Source: Azolla caroliniana
Taxonomy: Eukaryota > Plantae > Polypodiophyta
Length of the DNA: 64,000 nucleotides
Assembly (NCBI GenBank): GCA_043228905.1
Contig: JBHGNT010000004.1
Span: forward strand, 23,560,001-23,624,000
Direction of reading: 5' to 3'
The translations under genes were made by a program, and so were the position numbers. Under the pieces are notes generated by a model that was not told where the DNA came from, searched no databases, and saw only the letters and a list, made by a program, of their open reading frames with translations. Position 1 is the stretch's first letter, and each line of letters opens with the position of its first letter. Shown one piece after another: positions 33,401 to 45,169 of the stretch.

Positions 33401-36400
33401 TGTCCCAAGATTGGGATTCAGAAGTTTAGGTTTACTAAGATTAATAGAAAAGAAAAATTAGGGGTTTTTGAGAGATATGGCTTCCGTAGGGAAAATTAGG
33501 GTTTTTGAGTGTTATGGCTTCCATAGGGAATTTAGGGATATTATTTTTCTTTTCCTTCTTAGCTCCCTTATCTTATGGAAGCTAGATTCGTGTGTTTATG
33601 TACTAAGAATTAACCGAAATAAGAAAGATTGACAAATTTCATTAACAAATAGAAAGAAAGATTACAATGAATCCCAAGATTGGGATTACAAAAGTTTTAG
33701 CTTATGGAGATTACTAGAGTAATAGATTAGAAGACTTTGAGATATGGATTCGATAGAAAATTAGGGTTTTTTGGCTTTGATAAGAGATTATGGTTTTTGA
33801 GTTCAATCGCTTCTGTATGGAAAAAAATTTGGAATTATGAGTGATAGATCCCCCCCTAAGAAAATTTGGATTCCTAGTTTTGTCTCTCACCAATACACTT
33901 GCATGAAGGAACTTCAGTTTGCATCTCCAATTCCCTTTCATGCATCCCACATGGCATTTTCTTTAGTTGCATGATCTCCACCTTTTCTTTGCATGCCTTC
34001 CATATGACCTTTACTTTATGCATGCCCTCCAACTTTACTTGCATGCATCCACATGGCCTTTACTTTAGTTTCCTTTCCTTTACTTTAATTAGCCACATGA
34101 TCCTATTATCTGTCTGTCTCGTTCGCCGCCCATCCAATCTGTCTGTCTGAAAGGGACTAAGGAGGTTACAAGTATTTATACAAGTTCTGAGATTGGGTAT
34201 CTCTAGAATATACCTGACAAATATCTCTAGAATATACCCGTCTAGAATACACCATAGAATATTTCTAGAATACACTAAAGGCTCTAGAATATTCTGGAAT
34301 GTATATATGCTAGAATATACAATACTCTATTATATACAAACACATGCTCATATCCAGATGGTTGAGCATGATGTCTTGTAGATGTAAGGTTGCAGTTCAA
34401 TCCTCATTAACTACATATTTGATGTCACTGTGTCGTGACATTATCCTCCCCTTTACAGCCGCCTTTTCAAAAGTGTGGTGTAGGGGTGGACGGGAATTGG
34501 AGCATTAACGGGTGTGATCAATGCATGGGGAGAGCGACAGAGAGAGCGGTGCCATAGCTGTGTGTGCTTAGATACCAAGAACCCTGCATGGTTGATACAC
34601 TCTACACACACACAGTGTTGTATATTGTCTCCTTGTATTCTCCATTGTATAGTGGATCTCTATTCTCATGGTTTTCCCCGTTTAGGGTTTCCACGTAAAA
34701 TTGTGTATTTTGTTGCTTTCTGTTTCCGCGTTATTGTGTATTTCACAATCAGTCTTCCTCACAAATCTCAGGGAGCGAATCCCAACAGTATCTGCCCCTC
34801 CGGCCTTCCCGACCCGTTTTTTGTCGACCAAAACCACGTAGTTCTGGCACGCATATTCTACGAAGTTGGTCCTTTCCTCCACCGGATCGTTCCATCCGGT
34901 GACCTCCCGAACCCTCCTCTCCGTGCAATCCGCCTCTTCTCTTTTCAACTTCTTCCCGAAGAAGCCTTCCAACACCACCAGCCCGAATCAGGCGTTGTTT
35001 CCTATCCTGGCGTTCTTATCCTCTCCGACCCAGATGCCTGCCGACACTGAGTAGTGAACGGCTTTGACGTGTTGCACCGCCTCCTCCTCCATTATCCTCT
35101 TCATTCCGCCTTGACCGGTGTTCATCTCGAGAGGCCTCTGCATCTCACTACCATGCACCTAGGCATTCCAAAGATAGACGACATTGTTCTTCAAGGCCTC
35201 GACGAAGTCAGTGCAGTCCCTTCGGATGTGGTCGATGTCACACCACATGCATCGAAGGATATGAGGCGGCCGCCAGTCATGAGAAGGACCCCCGCCATCC
35301 CTCCGAGCCTCAATAATTTGGAGGTCATGGACCATCTTCGTGAGCTCCTCGAGACCCGCTCCCCTGAATGGTCCGTCAACCACGTTCGTCGATGTTGGGC
35401 CCGAGTCGACCCATCTTCTCGTCTCTTCCGATTGAGTCGGCACCTCCGCTACTACTCCCCTCATGGTCGGGCCGGTCGATGCCGACCCTTCGTCGTTCCA
35501 TTCTCACCGTTTGTCAAAACGGTTGCATCCTCTTTTAACTACCGCCCAATCAATCGTGAGGTCTTCGTTTGTCTTCAGCAGGAAACCAACCTTCTCTCGG
35601 TCGCGCGAGTCGACCGACTTGATAAATAGGACCTTGCTCATGTCGAGCACGGTCCGGTCCAATGCCGATAGTCGCGGGAATCGCTTCTCGAACTCTCGAA
35701 GAAGCACCGTTGTGTACCTCCCTTTCGCCAGAAGCTCGACCCACTCCATGAGCTCCTTCGACAACCAAAGCGAGTCGTCGAAGCCATACCTTTTGAGGAG
35801 TCACTCTTCGAACTCCGACCAGTTACGGCAGTCGGCCTGTATCCTCGAGCACCTCGACGTGGATGCTCAGCGTGACAACTCTGGCAAATCCGGACAACCG
35901 TCTGTCGTCCGGAACATAGTACATAAAATTCGTGTTCATCTAGCATAACATTCATTTTCCTACATTGGAAAACGAATGCGAATGTTATTCAAACATTCTT
36001 GTGTATTTTTTTTGTTTTTTCCCCCTTTTTAAAGTTTTTTTTTCCCTTTTTTTAGGTTTATTTACCTCATAATAAATAGTTAATCCAGAAGTATGGTATC
36101 TACCATTCTTCGAGGGTGTTTACCATACTCGAATGATTGAAAACATTCACAAATGTGAATGCACATATGGCACGTACGGTTCATACTATGGTCTAGAATG
36201 TCTCCCATTAAATCTGCCAAATGTGTCGACTATCGCTTCGACGGCTCTATCGAGGCCCGCTGAGCTTTCTCGAGCATTCATGAGGCAGTCTACAGCGGCC
36301 ACCATTGCTTCTGCAAGCTCGCCACCCCTTTGACGTCAGGTTCACCATAGATCTCGCGGAAGTCCGCATCTTGCGGGTCGGCTTGGACTGGACCACCAAG

Positions 36401-39400
36401 GTCTCGAACCAGGGAGCTTAATGATAGGTGCCGGCTGAGTGTTTGTTGTGACCTACCGGCCCTGGATCCGGCTTCCGGGTGATGAGCACACAGGCTTGTG
36501 GACACACACCAGCAAGCACGAGATGAAGCAAGGAAGGAGACGACCCAAACTAAGATCTCTCAATACACAACACACACCCAGATATAGAAGACAATGAATC
36601 GATTAAAGCAAAGAGAGGATACACGAATGGCCCTAGGCCGTGGAACAGAGCTTACTAGCAGATACACGGTGGTGAGCCCCCGGTCAGGGGCACACGGGCT
36701 CCCTACCCGAGCAGAGGCCTCACTCAATACTGATTCCTAACCCAGAGAACAGAACAGAACCTATCCGAACCACAACCCTTCACTCCTAGCTCTACTGTGC
36801 TCAATTCAACAGCACTTCAACCTCCTAAAACCAATTCCCCCTTACAGTCTCCCTCCCCTCCTTTTATAGTTCCAAGGAGGGTCAGTTACATCAGCTGCTA
36901 TAACAGCCATTCGTCAGAGATTTCTCCCTTGATTTTCTTCCATCACCTGCCCATTATTCCCCTCTATTCATGGGCCCATAAGTACTAATTAAAGCTACCC
37001 TGTCTTGTACTTCTTATTTACAATTGTTTGTACATAGACCACCTTTGTGTGCATACGTGCACTCCCTTGTTCCCACGCATCCATCAAACCTTTCTCCGAG
37101 TGGCCAAAATCCTCCACAACAACGGCCATACCTAAGTTTTTACGAAAATATATACTACCTCCAAGTCCAGGGGTTATCATACCTTACCATTTAGAAAACT
37201 TTTAACTATAATAAGAATTCTGATTAGAAACTGTGGCAATTAGAAAAAACACCAAAATTTGAACATAGGAAATTTCTCCAGCCATACCTTGTATGTCCTA
37301 GACAAAATCCTTGAATTTCATGTGCCCCGTTCAATGGTTTTTCGGGGAAGACGCTAACCTGGAAATAGACGTAACAATTTTAACCAGCAACCTTGAAATC
37401 TGGTGTAATCTATGATTATCATAGCATCTTACACGTATCTTGAAATCCCGATCTGCTGTTACAATGAATCTACCATCCATAGAACATTCCTGATCACAGA
37501 AAGTCACAGAAAGCAATCAAGTGTTAAGGGGTCGACAAAAAATAAAGAATAACTGAAGTAACTGCACAAATGCCTACATAAAGACTTTTAATATAATCAA
37601 TTCTTTCAATTAAAATATCAAGGATCATATCAGACAAGACAATATTGACCTACAGAACTACAAGATTTCCCATTGACTGCCATTATGGAGCAAGAGAACC
37701 AAGATTTAACTCAATTTCGCTGTCTTAAGAGGCTTAATTTACAAAGAAACATTACAAGCATGGTAACAAAACACAAGATATTAAATTAGGAGAGAGATGT
37801 ACCACGCTTGTTATAATACTACAACAATGTGCTAGTAGCTGCGCTGATTTATCGTGAACAGAAGTGTGTTCATCCGATCTTGTTGATACCACATACACAA
37901 CTCCAAATTTGTCCGCATATAGCAGCCATTCACCATTGTGGCTGAATGACAGAGCACTGATCTTCTTATTCGCATTCCTAGTAGAAAAATAAATTAGATA
38001 TAATAGATAAGCATCATTAGTTTGCATTCGCTAGAAGTGAAATAAACTAGATGTATTAATTATACATGTACTTCACAAAGGGCGGTTCAGCATTTTACAA
38101 AGTTTTGATGCATAGCCATGATTCAGTATCCCATAGCTTCACAAGCTTGTCGTCACCAGCTGATGCAAATAGATTTCCCTGTCTATTGAATTTAATTGCT
38201 CGGATTAAATCTTTATGGTGTAATATGTTCTTGTCTAGAGCAACTGGGCATCTCTCCCTGTACAACGTCATGAAGAGAAACGAGATGCATAAATCACTGT
38301 TGAAAATCTGCAGTTTCCATGTGAACGCTAAACCCAATAGCAATAGTTTATTACTACATCTCTATTCTGTATCTAAATTATAATACATGTACTATGTGAG
38401 AAAACTTCAAGAAGTGTGTACAGAACAACCATTGTCAAGAAACAAACTGTCTAATAAAAAGTCTTTAATGTACAGAAATAACTATAGAATATATCCTGTC
38501 CATCAGTGTATGGGAAATCTTAACAAATTGAATGGGAATAATCACCGGTGAATGGGATACCAACAAAATGCAATTTCCAAATCTTAATGGCATGTACATC
38601 TTGATGTAAAATGGGACCGGTCACAACCGGTTCACAAGCAGAAATGAGAAAGACAATAACCGAAACAACAAGAAAACAGAAAATGCACAGACTCAGAGAC
38701 ACGAGATATTAACTTGGAAACCCTGAATGGGAAAAAACCACGAGAGACCACAGACTCCAAACAGAATCACTATATAGATGAGATTATACAAGAAGCTCAA
38801 ATGCACCAACCTCAAGCTCGTCTTCATCTTACAGACGGGTACACACACTCACTCCCTTCGCACACACTGTATCTACACTAACAATGATCATCATCAAACA
38901 TAATGATTGCCCTAGGTGTATTTATACTTATACACAAGTATGGGCTAATGTAGCCTCTAATTGGCTACGGCAATCATCCGATTCAGCTCTCTGCCAACCA
39001 ACATCCAATTCGGCTCTCTGCCAGCCATCATCCGATTCAGCTCTCTGCCGGTCATCATCCGATTCGACTCTCTACCAGCCAGCAGTTCCGGCTCTCCAAC
39101 TCATCCCATCCAGAGGGATCAGTTATCCCAATACATATGACTATTTTTGCAAAAATAGATAAAAAAAGCCAAACAATGTGCCAAGTTCCTAGGAAACTAC
39201 TTTACTATTTCAAGCCACATCAGCCAGGAACCACATTTCTTTTGCAGAGATAGAAAGATAGACTAAAACATAACTTATACAAAAGATATCTAGCAAAGAG
39301 TTTGCATTTTAAAGCAGTATGAGGTGCAGCTATAACCTAAAAGACATAGAAGTATGTGAACCACCATAGCTTGCTTTACAAGTTCCTATCGTCCAACAAT

Positions 39401-40834
39401 GGAAGAACCACATTGCTTTTACACAGATTTCAAATATAGTCTAAAATGAGAATTTTCCTCCGATAACCTAGCAAAAATTGAAACTTCCCATCTTAAAACA
39501 TATGCTTGAGTTCTACTCTCGAAAAGAATACTAAAAACATGCCAAATTAAACAATAGTTAAAATACCTCGCACATCATGATAGCAACAAATTGCAAATGT
39601 TCTATCTACCAAGAAATATCCTTAAAGCCAAACAAAAACATGCAGAAAGCCATGCCAGGTTATACATCATATCAAAAACATTTGGCAACAAATAGGAAAT
39701 GCCAGATCTACAAACCTATTTCCTCAAAAGGGAAACGAAAATTTATGTCCAGAAACGTGCCAAGTGATATCATAGATTCCTCGAAAAAGTACAACTTTAT
39801 AAGAAAACGGAAATAAATAATTTAGCAACAAATTGCGAGCTCCAATTTAGAAAGCCATATATCTCAAAAGAAAACATGACAAATTACACTATAACTTTAT
39901 ATTGAAAGAATTTGAGTACATGTCCTTGCAGGTATATCATAAAAAAACCAAAGACATATATGTGCAAGAAAACATGCCTAATCCTCACTATAGCTGAGTA
40001 TTGGAAAGATAGTTTACCACAAAAGAACAGAAAGAAATTTAGCAGCAAATTGCAACACGGCATTTAGCAAGTTATATTCATAAAATCAAAGAACGAAATG
40101 CTTGAAAACATATCAAATGAGAACATTGCTGCAGACAGAATTTACTGAACCAAGTGCTTGCAGTTTGAAAAGAAAACAGAAATATGTGAAAAAACATACC
40201 AAGCTAGACAGTCCCTGAGAATAAAAAGAATTCGTCATCTTCAAGCCATGTATTTGCAGCTAAATCCACAAAATCAAACAGAACTATGTGCAAGAAACGT
40301 GGCAGTTTAGTCACCAGAACTGAGAATAAAAACAACTCGTTTACATGAGGTGGAAAGAAATAATTTAGCAACGTAATGCAAAAATGACATGAAACACGTA
40401 TATCCTCTCAAATAGTGAATAGGTGCAAGAAAAAATGATGAATTGCACCATAACTTCAAATAGAAGATAGAAAGAACTTCAAACGCCACGTTTTTGCAGG
40501 CCTTTCCTTAAATAATAGAGCAGAAATTACGTGCCAGGGAACGTGTCAAATTACTCGTCAAGTCTTAGAAAATCTCTAATTTTTTTTATATAAAGAGAGA
40601 AAAAAAGGAAAGGAAGTCAAGGAATGCAGACACTTACTGCATGTTAAAGACGCGAAGCTGTGCTCCGACAGCTAAGACGACGTGTTTGCCATGGGGATGA
40701 AGAGATAGAAGAGCAGGTGCAATCTCCACAACTTCACGTCCTCCATCGCATACCTCGGACACCTGCAGACCTTCGTGTTCTTCTACTTCTTCCTCTTCTT
40801 CCACCATCGCTATGGAACTTCCTAAACCCCCCAT
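27401..40834 (-). CDS. TRM82: tRNA (guanine-N7)-methyltransferase non-catalytic WD40 subunit (TRM82/WDR4), ~439 aa. Exons: 40834-40638, 38257-38099, 37977-37803, 37489-37433, 37358-37288, 28635-28563, 28480-28421, 28349-28249, 28138-28078, 27766-27401
   Basis: Ten GT-AG exons sum to 1320 nt in frame. Hallmark motifs: [87 protein letters not shown], and a C-terminal [19 protein letters not shown]. Confidence 0.92.
29330..30040 (+). mobile_element. Decayed LINE (RTE-like) reverse transcriptase fragment in TRM82 intron 5
   Basis: [14 protein letters not shown]...[15 protein letters not shown] (LINE RT DFxKAFD motif); upstream KKWFDNE-like segment. Confidence 0.65.
30860..32890 (+). mobile_element. 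Degenerate Ty3/gypsy internal fragment (gag, zinc knuckle, protease, RT; Tf2/chromovirus-like) in TRM82 intron 5
   Basis: gag [15 protein letters not shown]...[30 protein letters not shown] knuckle; protease [12 protein letters not shown]; [49 protein letters not shown]. Frameshifted and truncated. Confidence 0.85.
31334..31680. repeat. 172-bp tandem duplication within the gypsy gag
   Basis: Copies start at 31334 and 31506 and differ by only ~3 substitutions. Confidence 0.9.
32925..33800. repeat. Tandem array of a ~328-bp unit (two close copies plus a diverged partial third)
   Basis: aaaatacgacgagga(t/c)acgtgaacttgaggcaggaccccggggcctccgac...tgtcccaagattgggattca...ttagggg recurs at ~32925 and ~33254, and partly at ~33600. 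Confidence 0.85.
34148..34745 (+). mobile_element. Copia-type LTR (solo or remnant) with tandem TCTAGAATA repeats in U3
   Basis: TGAAA...TTTCA inverted ends; motif ggttttccccgtttagggtttccacgtaaaa matches the intact element's LTR. No clean TSD. Confidence 0.7.
34286..34300. promoter_or_regulatory. Perfect three-unit heat-shock element (nGAAn-nTTCn-nGAAn) in the LTR U3
   Basis: agaat-attct-ggaat, flanked by further partial units (gctct; agaatatttctagaat at ~34256). Confidence 0.55.
34750..37179 (-). mobile_element. Truncated Ty3/gypsy-like element: probable 5' LTR (36422-37179), leader and frameshifted gag
   Basis: TGATA...TATCA inverted LTR ends, TATA (actataaaag on minus at ~36861). GC-rich gag fragments [30 protein letters not shown] and a knuckle-like [14 protein letters not shown]. 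Confidence 0.65.
38602..39133 (-). mobile_element. Solo LTR related to the intact copia at 58035-63439, in TRM82 intron 1
   Basis: Shares ggaaaccctgaatgggaaaaaaccacg and the end catcccatccagagggatc..tcccaa(t/c)a with the intact LTR; has tandem catccgattcagctctctgcc repeats; near-TSD catct/catat. Confidence 0.75.
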
Positions 40835-41239
40835 AGAAGCTTCGCTTCGGGACTACAGAATAAAATCGAGAGGGAAATAAATAACTCCCAAAATAACCCC
40901 CACGTTTTCATTTATTTCCTTGGATGCCCTTCTGAAACTTATATATCATTAAGGGGAAGGGATATGGGGGAATAATTATAGTTGAACTCTCACTCTTAGC
41001 ACTTTATAGATAATAATAATAAAAGTAAAGAATTTTTGTTCACATCCAACATGGACCATGTCACCCATTGATTTGCACTGGGATGAACTACCAAGATCTA
41101 TGTTGATCGAGAGAGATATAAGATTACATATTTTTTAGTGTCTATAGAAAGAAAGAAAGATATATTAATGTCTTCTAAGGCCAAATTTGGCCCATGAGAC
41201 AGTTGGTTTACAACAAAATGGGTATTTATCCAATCATCA

Positions 41240-41850
41240 GAACTAAAATAAAAGTAAAGTAAAAATAGCTTAAGCTAAAAGAGTTCTAGTAGTGTACAAA
41301 ACATGGTATACTTGATAAAAAAAGAAGTGACTTTGCACTAAGCCTAATTTCATTTCCACCCAAGCCTCTTGAAAAGAAGTGAGAGGTCAAAGGGTTTTGG
41401 TGTGGGTGTGACCCATGGTCCCGATGTACAGAGTGCCCTAGCCATGGCTTCTAGGCGATGTAGCTCACGTTCCCTTATTTTCTTTATTGCTTCTACACCA
41501 CGTCGAGTTGGTTTGAAACCCGGCATCCGAGGACGTTTGGTTCTTCTTTGATTTTCTGCTTCATCAAGATTCCAATATTGACCCATGGGACCTAAATACA
41601 CAAGTTTCCTTGATGCGTGTCTCCTTCCTAAAAAGGGATATTCATACTTCGAAGCACAAAGTCTCGATGTGTGAATAAGACATACATATACGAGGTCAAT
41701 CTTTTAGGTGTTCTCTTTAGCATGATACTAAAGTCATCATCCCCTCTTAATATGTCATCATAGCTTTTACAAATTGCACTAAATGTGGAGCATGCATAAA
41801 GCAAGGGATACTTATCCTTTACTAGCCCTTTCTCGATACCTTTCACGTAT
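41240..41850 (-). mobile_element. 3' end of a 5'-truncated LINE, related to 45170-46420
   Basis: Conserved tail reading RRTKRPRMPGFKPTRRGVEAIKKIRERELHRLEAMA..SGPWVTPTPKPFDL..LF.RLGWK is also present at 45179-45436; A-rich simple tail ~41245-41280. Confidence 0.6.
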
Positions 41851-42199
41851 TTATATTTGACAAATTGGGATGCTATAATGCAACTTCAATAACTAGCTCG
41901 TGTTATTGACTGCGGAGGTGTATTAGGGCTCTATGAGAGTTATTACTCATGTTAGTAATGAGATATGGTTGAATATGATCAATAGCTTTCTTCATTATAT
42001 TGAATCCAATATTCAAGGTTAATGTTTGCAATGCATTATTCTAATTTTGTCCTTTTAGTATTTTCTCACTTATTCCTTAATGGTTCCCTTAACCTTTCCA
42101 CAGTAACTATATATTTCATAGCATCACTTTGAAATCTCTAAAAGATCTTTTACACCCCATTTTGGGAACCATTTTTTGATGTCAACTACCCAACCATGT

Positions 42200-44200
42200 G
42201 AGAGAATTTTGTTCTTTGTGATTCTTTTGTAGTTTACATCCAACATTATTCTTTTAGAGTTTACACCTAACATTTCAAGCAAGATATGGTAATCTATGAT
42301 TTAGCATATTCTTGAGTTTTGTTTGACTATCTGTAGCACCAATATCTATATAGGTTGATCATATGTTTCCAAAAGCATCTTGATAGGAGGTGGTGGATTT
42401 AACTCTAAGTTACCTCCTTACAAACATCTTTTGAATCTTCTCAATCTCATTCCATGCATTAAGAGAATTCGTGATACTTCATCTATAATAGTCATTATCC
42501 AATGATGAATATGTGGCATTGTGCATTTAAAGATCTCATTTGTAAAGAGAGTTACATCTTCTGCTTTGCCATTCACCGTCTCTTTTGTTCCCTTGTTAAG
42601 ATCTTCAATATCAATGCATGTATATTGCAAGGTATTTAAATGTTCTCAACCATAGGAATCACTCCCTCATGCATATATAACCTTTCTACACATTCTTGCA
42701 TTTGTTCCTTTGTAAATTCACCTTTGATGTTCTCCTTCTTACCTTGAAGTTGTCTTCATGCTAGTTTTGGTCAAAGCTTAAACAACATGTTCTTTTTGCT
42801 TTTACTGTATTTAGAAGTGTCGTCTTTTCTTTCTCCTCGCTACCTTTCTATATTGGTTCCATGCAAATTAAGGATGGGATGAGGGGGATTAATAGAGGAG
42901 GAAATCGAAGGTCACGAGATTAGTAAAATTTTAGGATTGTTTATAGAAGGGAGTATGAAAACAATGCATACGAAAAAGGACAAGTAAGTCTATGGATGTA
43001 TTCAGTAAATGTAGTGTAGACCTAGGATTCAAGCACAATCCCCTAGTCTTTTACTTTTTTCACATTTATTGAAGTTGATGGGAAACTAGCATTATGCAAG
43101 TGGATGAGCTTTGATTCATATGGGGGAGAAAGAAAGAAAGAAATAAAGAAATGCCAACATATTTTAAGGGGTCAAAATGGTAGATACGACCACACTAGAG
43201 AGAGAGAGAGAGGGATTAAAATTTAATACATGTTTTATCATCCATGATGAGGCCAGATTTGAACTATGAGACCAAATCAACATATCATCTTGTATGTGAC
43301 TCCTTTCTAAAGAAGGGGTTGCTGCTTTGTAATAAAATCTCTCTATGTGTGAACAATGCATGCACATATGTGTTCAACCTTCTTGGTGGACATTTGAGTA
43401 TGATACTTACATTATCTAACAAGTCATCATATTTCCACTAATTACCATATACGCCGAGGTGCATATCTTCATATTTTGGTGATGGTGCCATGAAGCTACC
43501 TCAACACATAACTTATGCGAGTGAGTTTGAAGAAGTCTTAAGACTTTCTGAGAGCCTAGCCTCATGGGGGTAGTGAGATACAATTGCATATGTTCTAGCA
43601 TTTTTACCTTGTATATTGGGGTTTAATATTTGCAATGTAACATTCCAATTTGGACATTTTAGCATCTTGCACTATCCTCAATGATCTCATACTTCATAAT
43701 CTCACCTAAGAGCTCCAATAAATTTTTTAGTCCCCATCTCTTAAGCCATTTCATAGCGTTGAGCACCCATCTAGATGAAAGGATTTTGCTCTTATTAGTT
43801 TTTTGTATGTTGCACCCTATTTTCCAAGCTTGTTTTGGTAGTCAATGATCTAGCATATTCTTGACTTTTGTAATATACTTGTATACTATTTGCATGGCTA
43901 ATACCTCTATAGGTTAAGCATCTGATTCTCATAGCATGATAGGATAAGATGTTCAAGATTTTATCCCCAATTGTCTATATGTCTATGTGAGAACAAAATT
44001 TGGATTTTCTTTGTTTCATTCCATGCATGTAGTGAGATGGTGCCACCCCACACTTCCATTCCATAAAGTAATACTTGTCCCACAAATTGAATAACATTAA
44101 TGTCACTTCTCATCCTTAAGTATCACCTTGGTTGTCATTCTCAAACATATAATAACTATTCCAACTCGCTTGAAGTTTAGACTCGTAACACGCATTCCAC
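42200..44200 (-). mobile_element. Highly decayed LINE (RTE-like) fragments
   Basis: Fragments such as LRLLQTHSHKLCVEVASW and stop-interrupted post-RT domain sequence; weak similarity only, boundaries uncertain. Confidence 0.45.
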
Positions 44201-44216
44201 CTACTTGTGTAATATT

Positions 44217-44219
<3 letters not shown>

Positions 44220-44261
<42 letters not shown>

Positions 44262-44405
44262 CGAATATTGAAGGATTATCAATGTTGCAACATCCCATTG
44301 CAGAAGTCCATAACTCTACCTCAAAATGGATTGATAATGAAATGAAGTCAACAATTTTGTTAGTGTGATTGTAAATAACTGAGGACAAAGTCTCTGAGTT
44401 TATGA

Positions 44406-44433
<28 letters not shown>
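44220..44433. repeat. (AG)n microsatellite (~44220-44258) and ~28-nt poly-G tract (44406-44433)
   Basis: Directly visible. Confidence 0.9.
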
Positions 44434-44436
<3 letters not shown>

Positions 44437-44717
44437 CTTTTGTGTACTCTATACTTAAGATAACCTAACTTGAAAGACTAAATTTAACCTTCCATGTGAT
44501 TTTGTAGCACAATTGTATGTCTATTTAAAAAATGCTTAAGATACCGTAACTTATTTTTTGGAAAAAAAAAGGATACCCTAACTTAAAAGACTAAATTTAA
44601 TGTACACACAACCTTGTATTTTTGAGTACTCATGCTTAATTTAGTACCCACATACATGATGCTCAAAGAAACATTAAAAGAGAGAGAGAGAGAGAAAGAT
44701 TTTGTTTTTTTTTTTTA

Positions 44718-45030
44718 AGGTCAAATATGATCTATCAAACAAAACATATGGTATTTTCACGTAATATATGTGAAAGTGAGAAACGACTCGTGATGTTCAC
44801 AAACTTTGCTATGAATGTCGCAATTGAGCATGCACACACATGTGACTGTGAGAGAAATTCATGCAAGGATTGGGTTTGATCAAAGATGTGTGGAAAACAT
44901 GATCGAATACAATTCATTGTTATATCCAAGTGTGATTCTTAAACTCTTGAATTTGTTTAGGGTAAAATGTGCAAAGTTGATTGGTCTCATCACTTATGCA
45001 CCAATGTCCTATCTCATGTTAACGCAAGTG
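44718..45030. repeat. Dispersed ~320-bp repeat, copy 1 (copy 2 at ~46452-46785)
   Basis: aggtcaaatatga...gtgact(g/a)tgagagaaatt..tgcaaggattgg.tttg.t.aaagatgtg...gcaagtgt shared in direct orientation. Confidence 0.7.
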
Positions 45031-45169
45031 TAAACTATGTCTTATAGAAACAATTTGAATGGCATAGAAGAGGAACAAAGGGATGTGCTCTAATATGTAT
45101 CGATGTATGTAGTTTCCCCCTTTAGTGAAGGATATCATTTGAGGAAATAAAAATAAAATAAACATAGAT

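Noticed and set aside
34514-35948. Plus-strand ORFs of 160-190 aa
   Set aside because: Antisense to GC-rich gypsy gag; no domain signatures.
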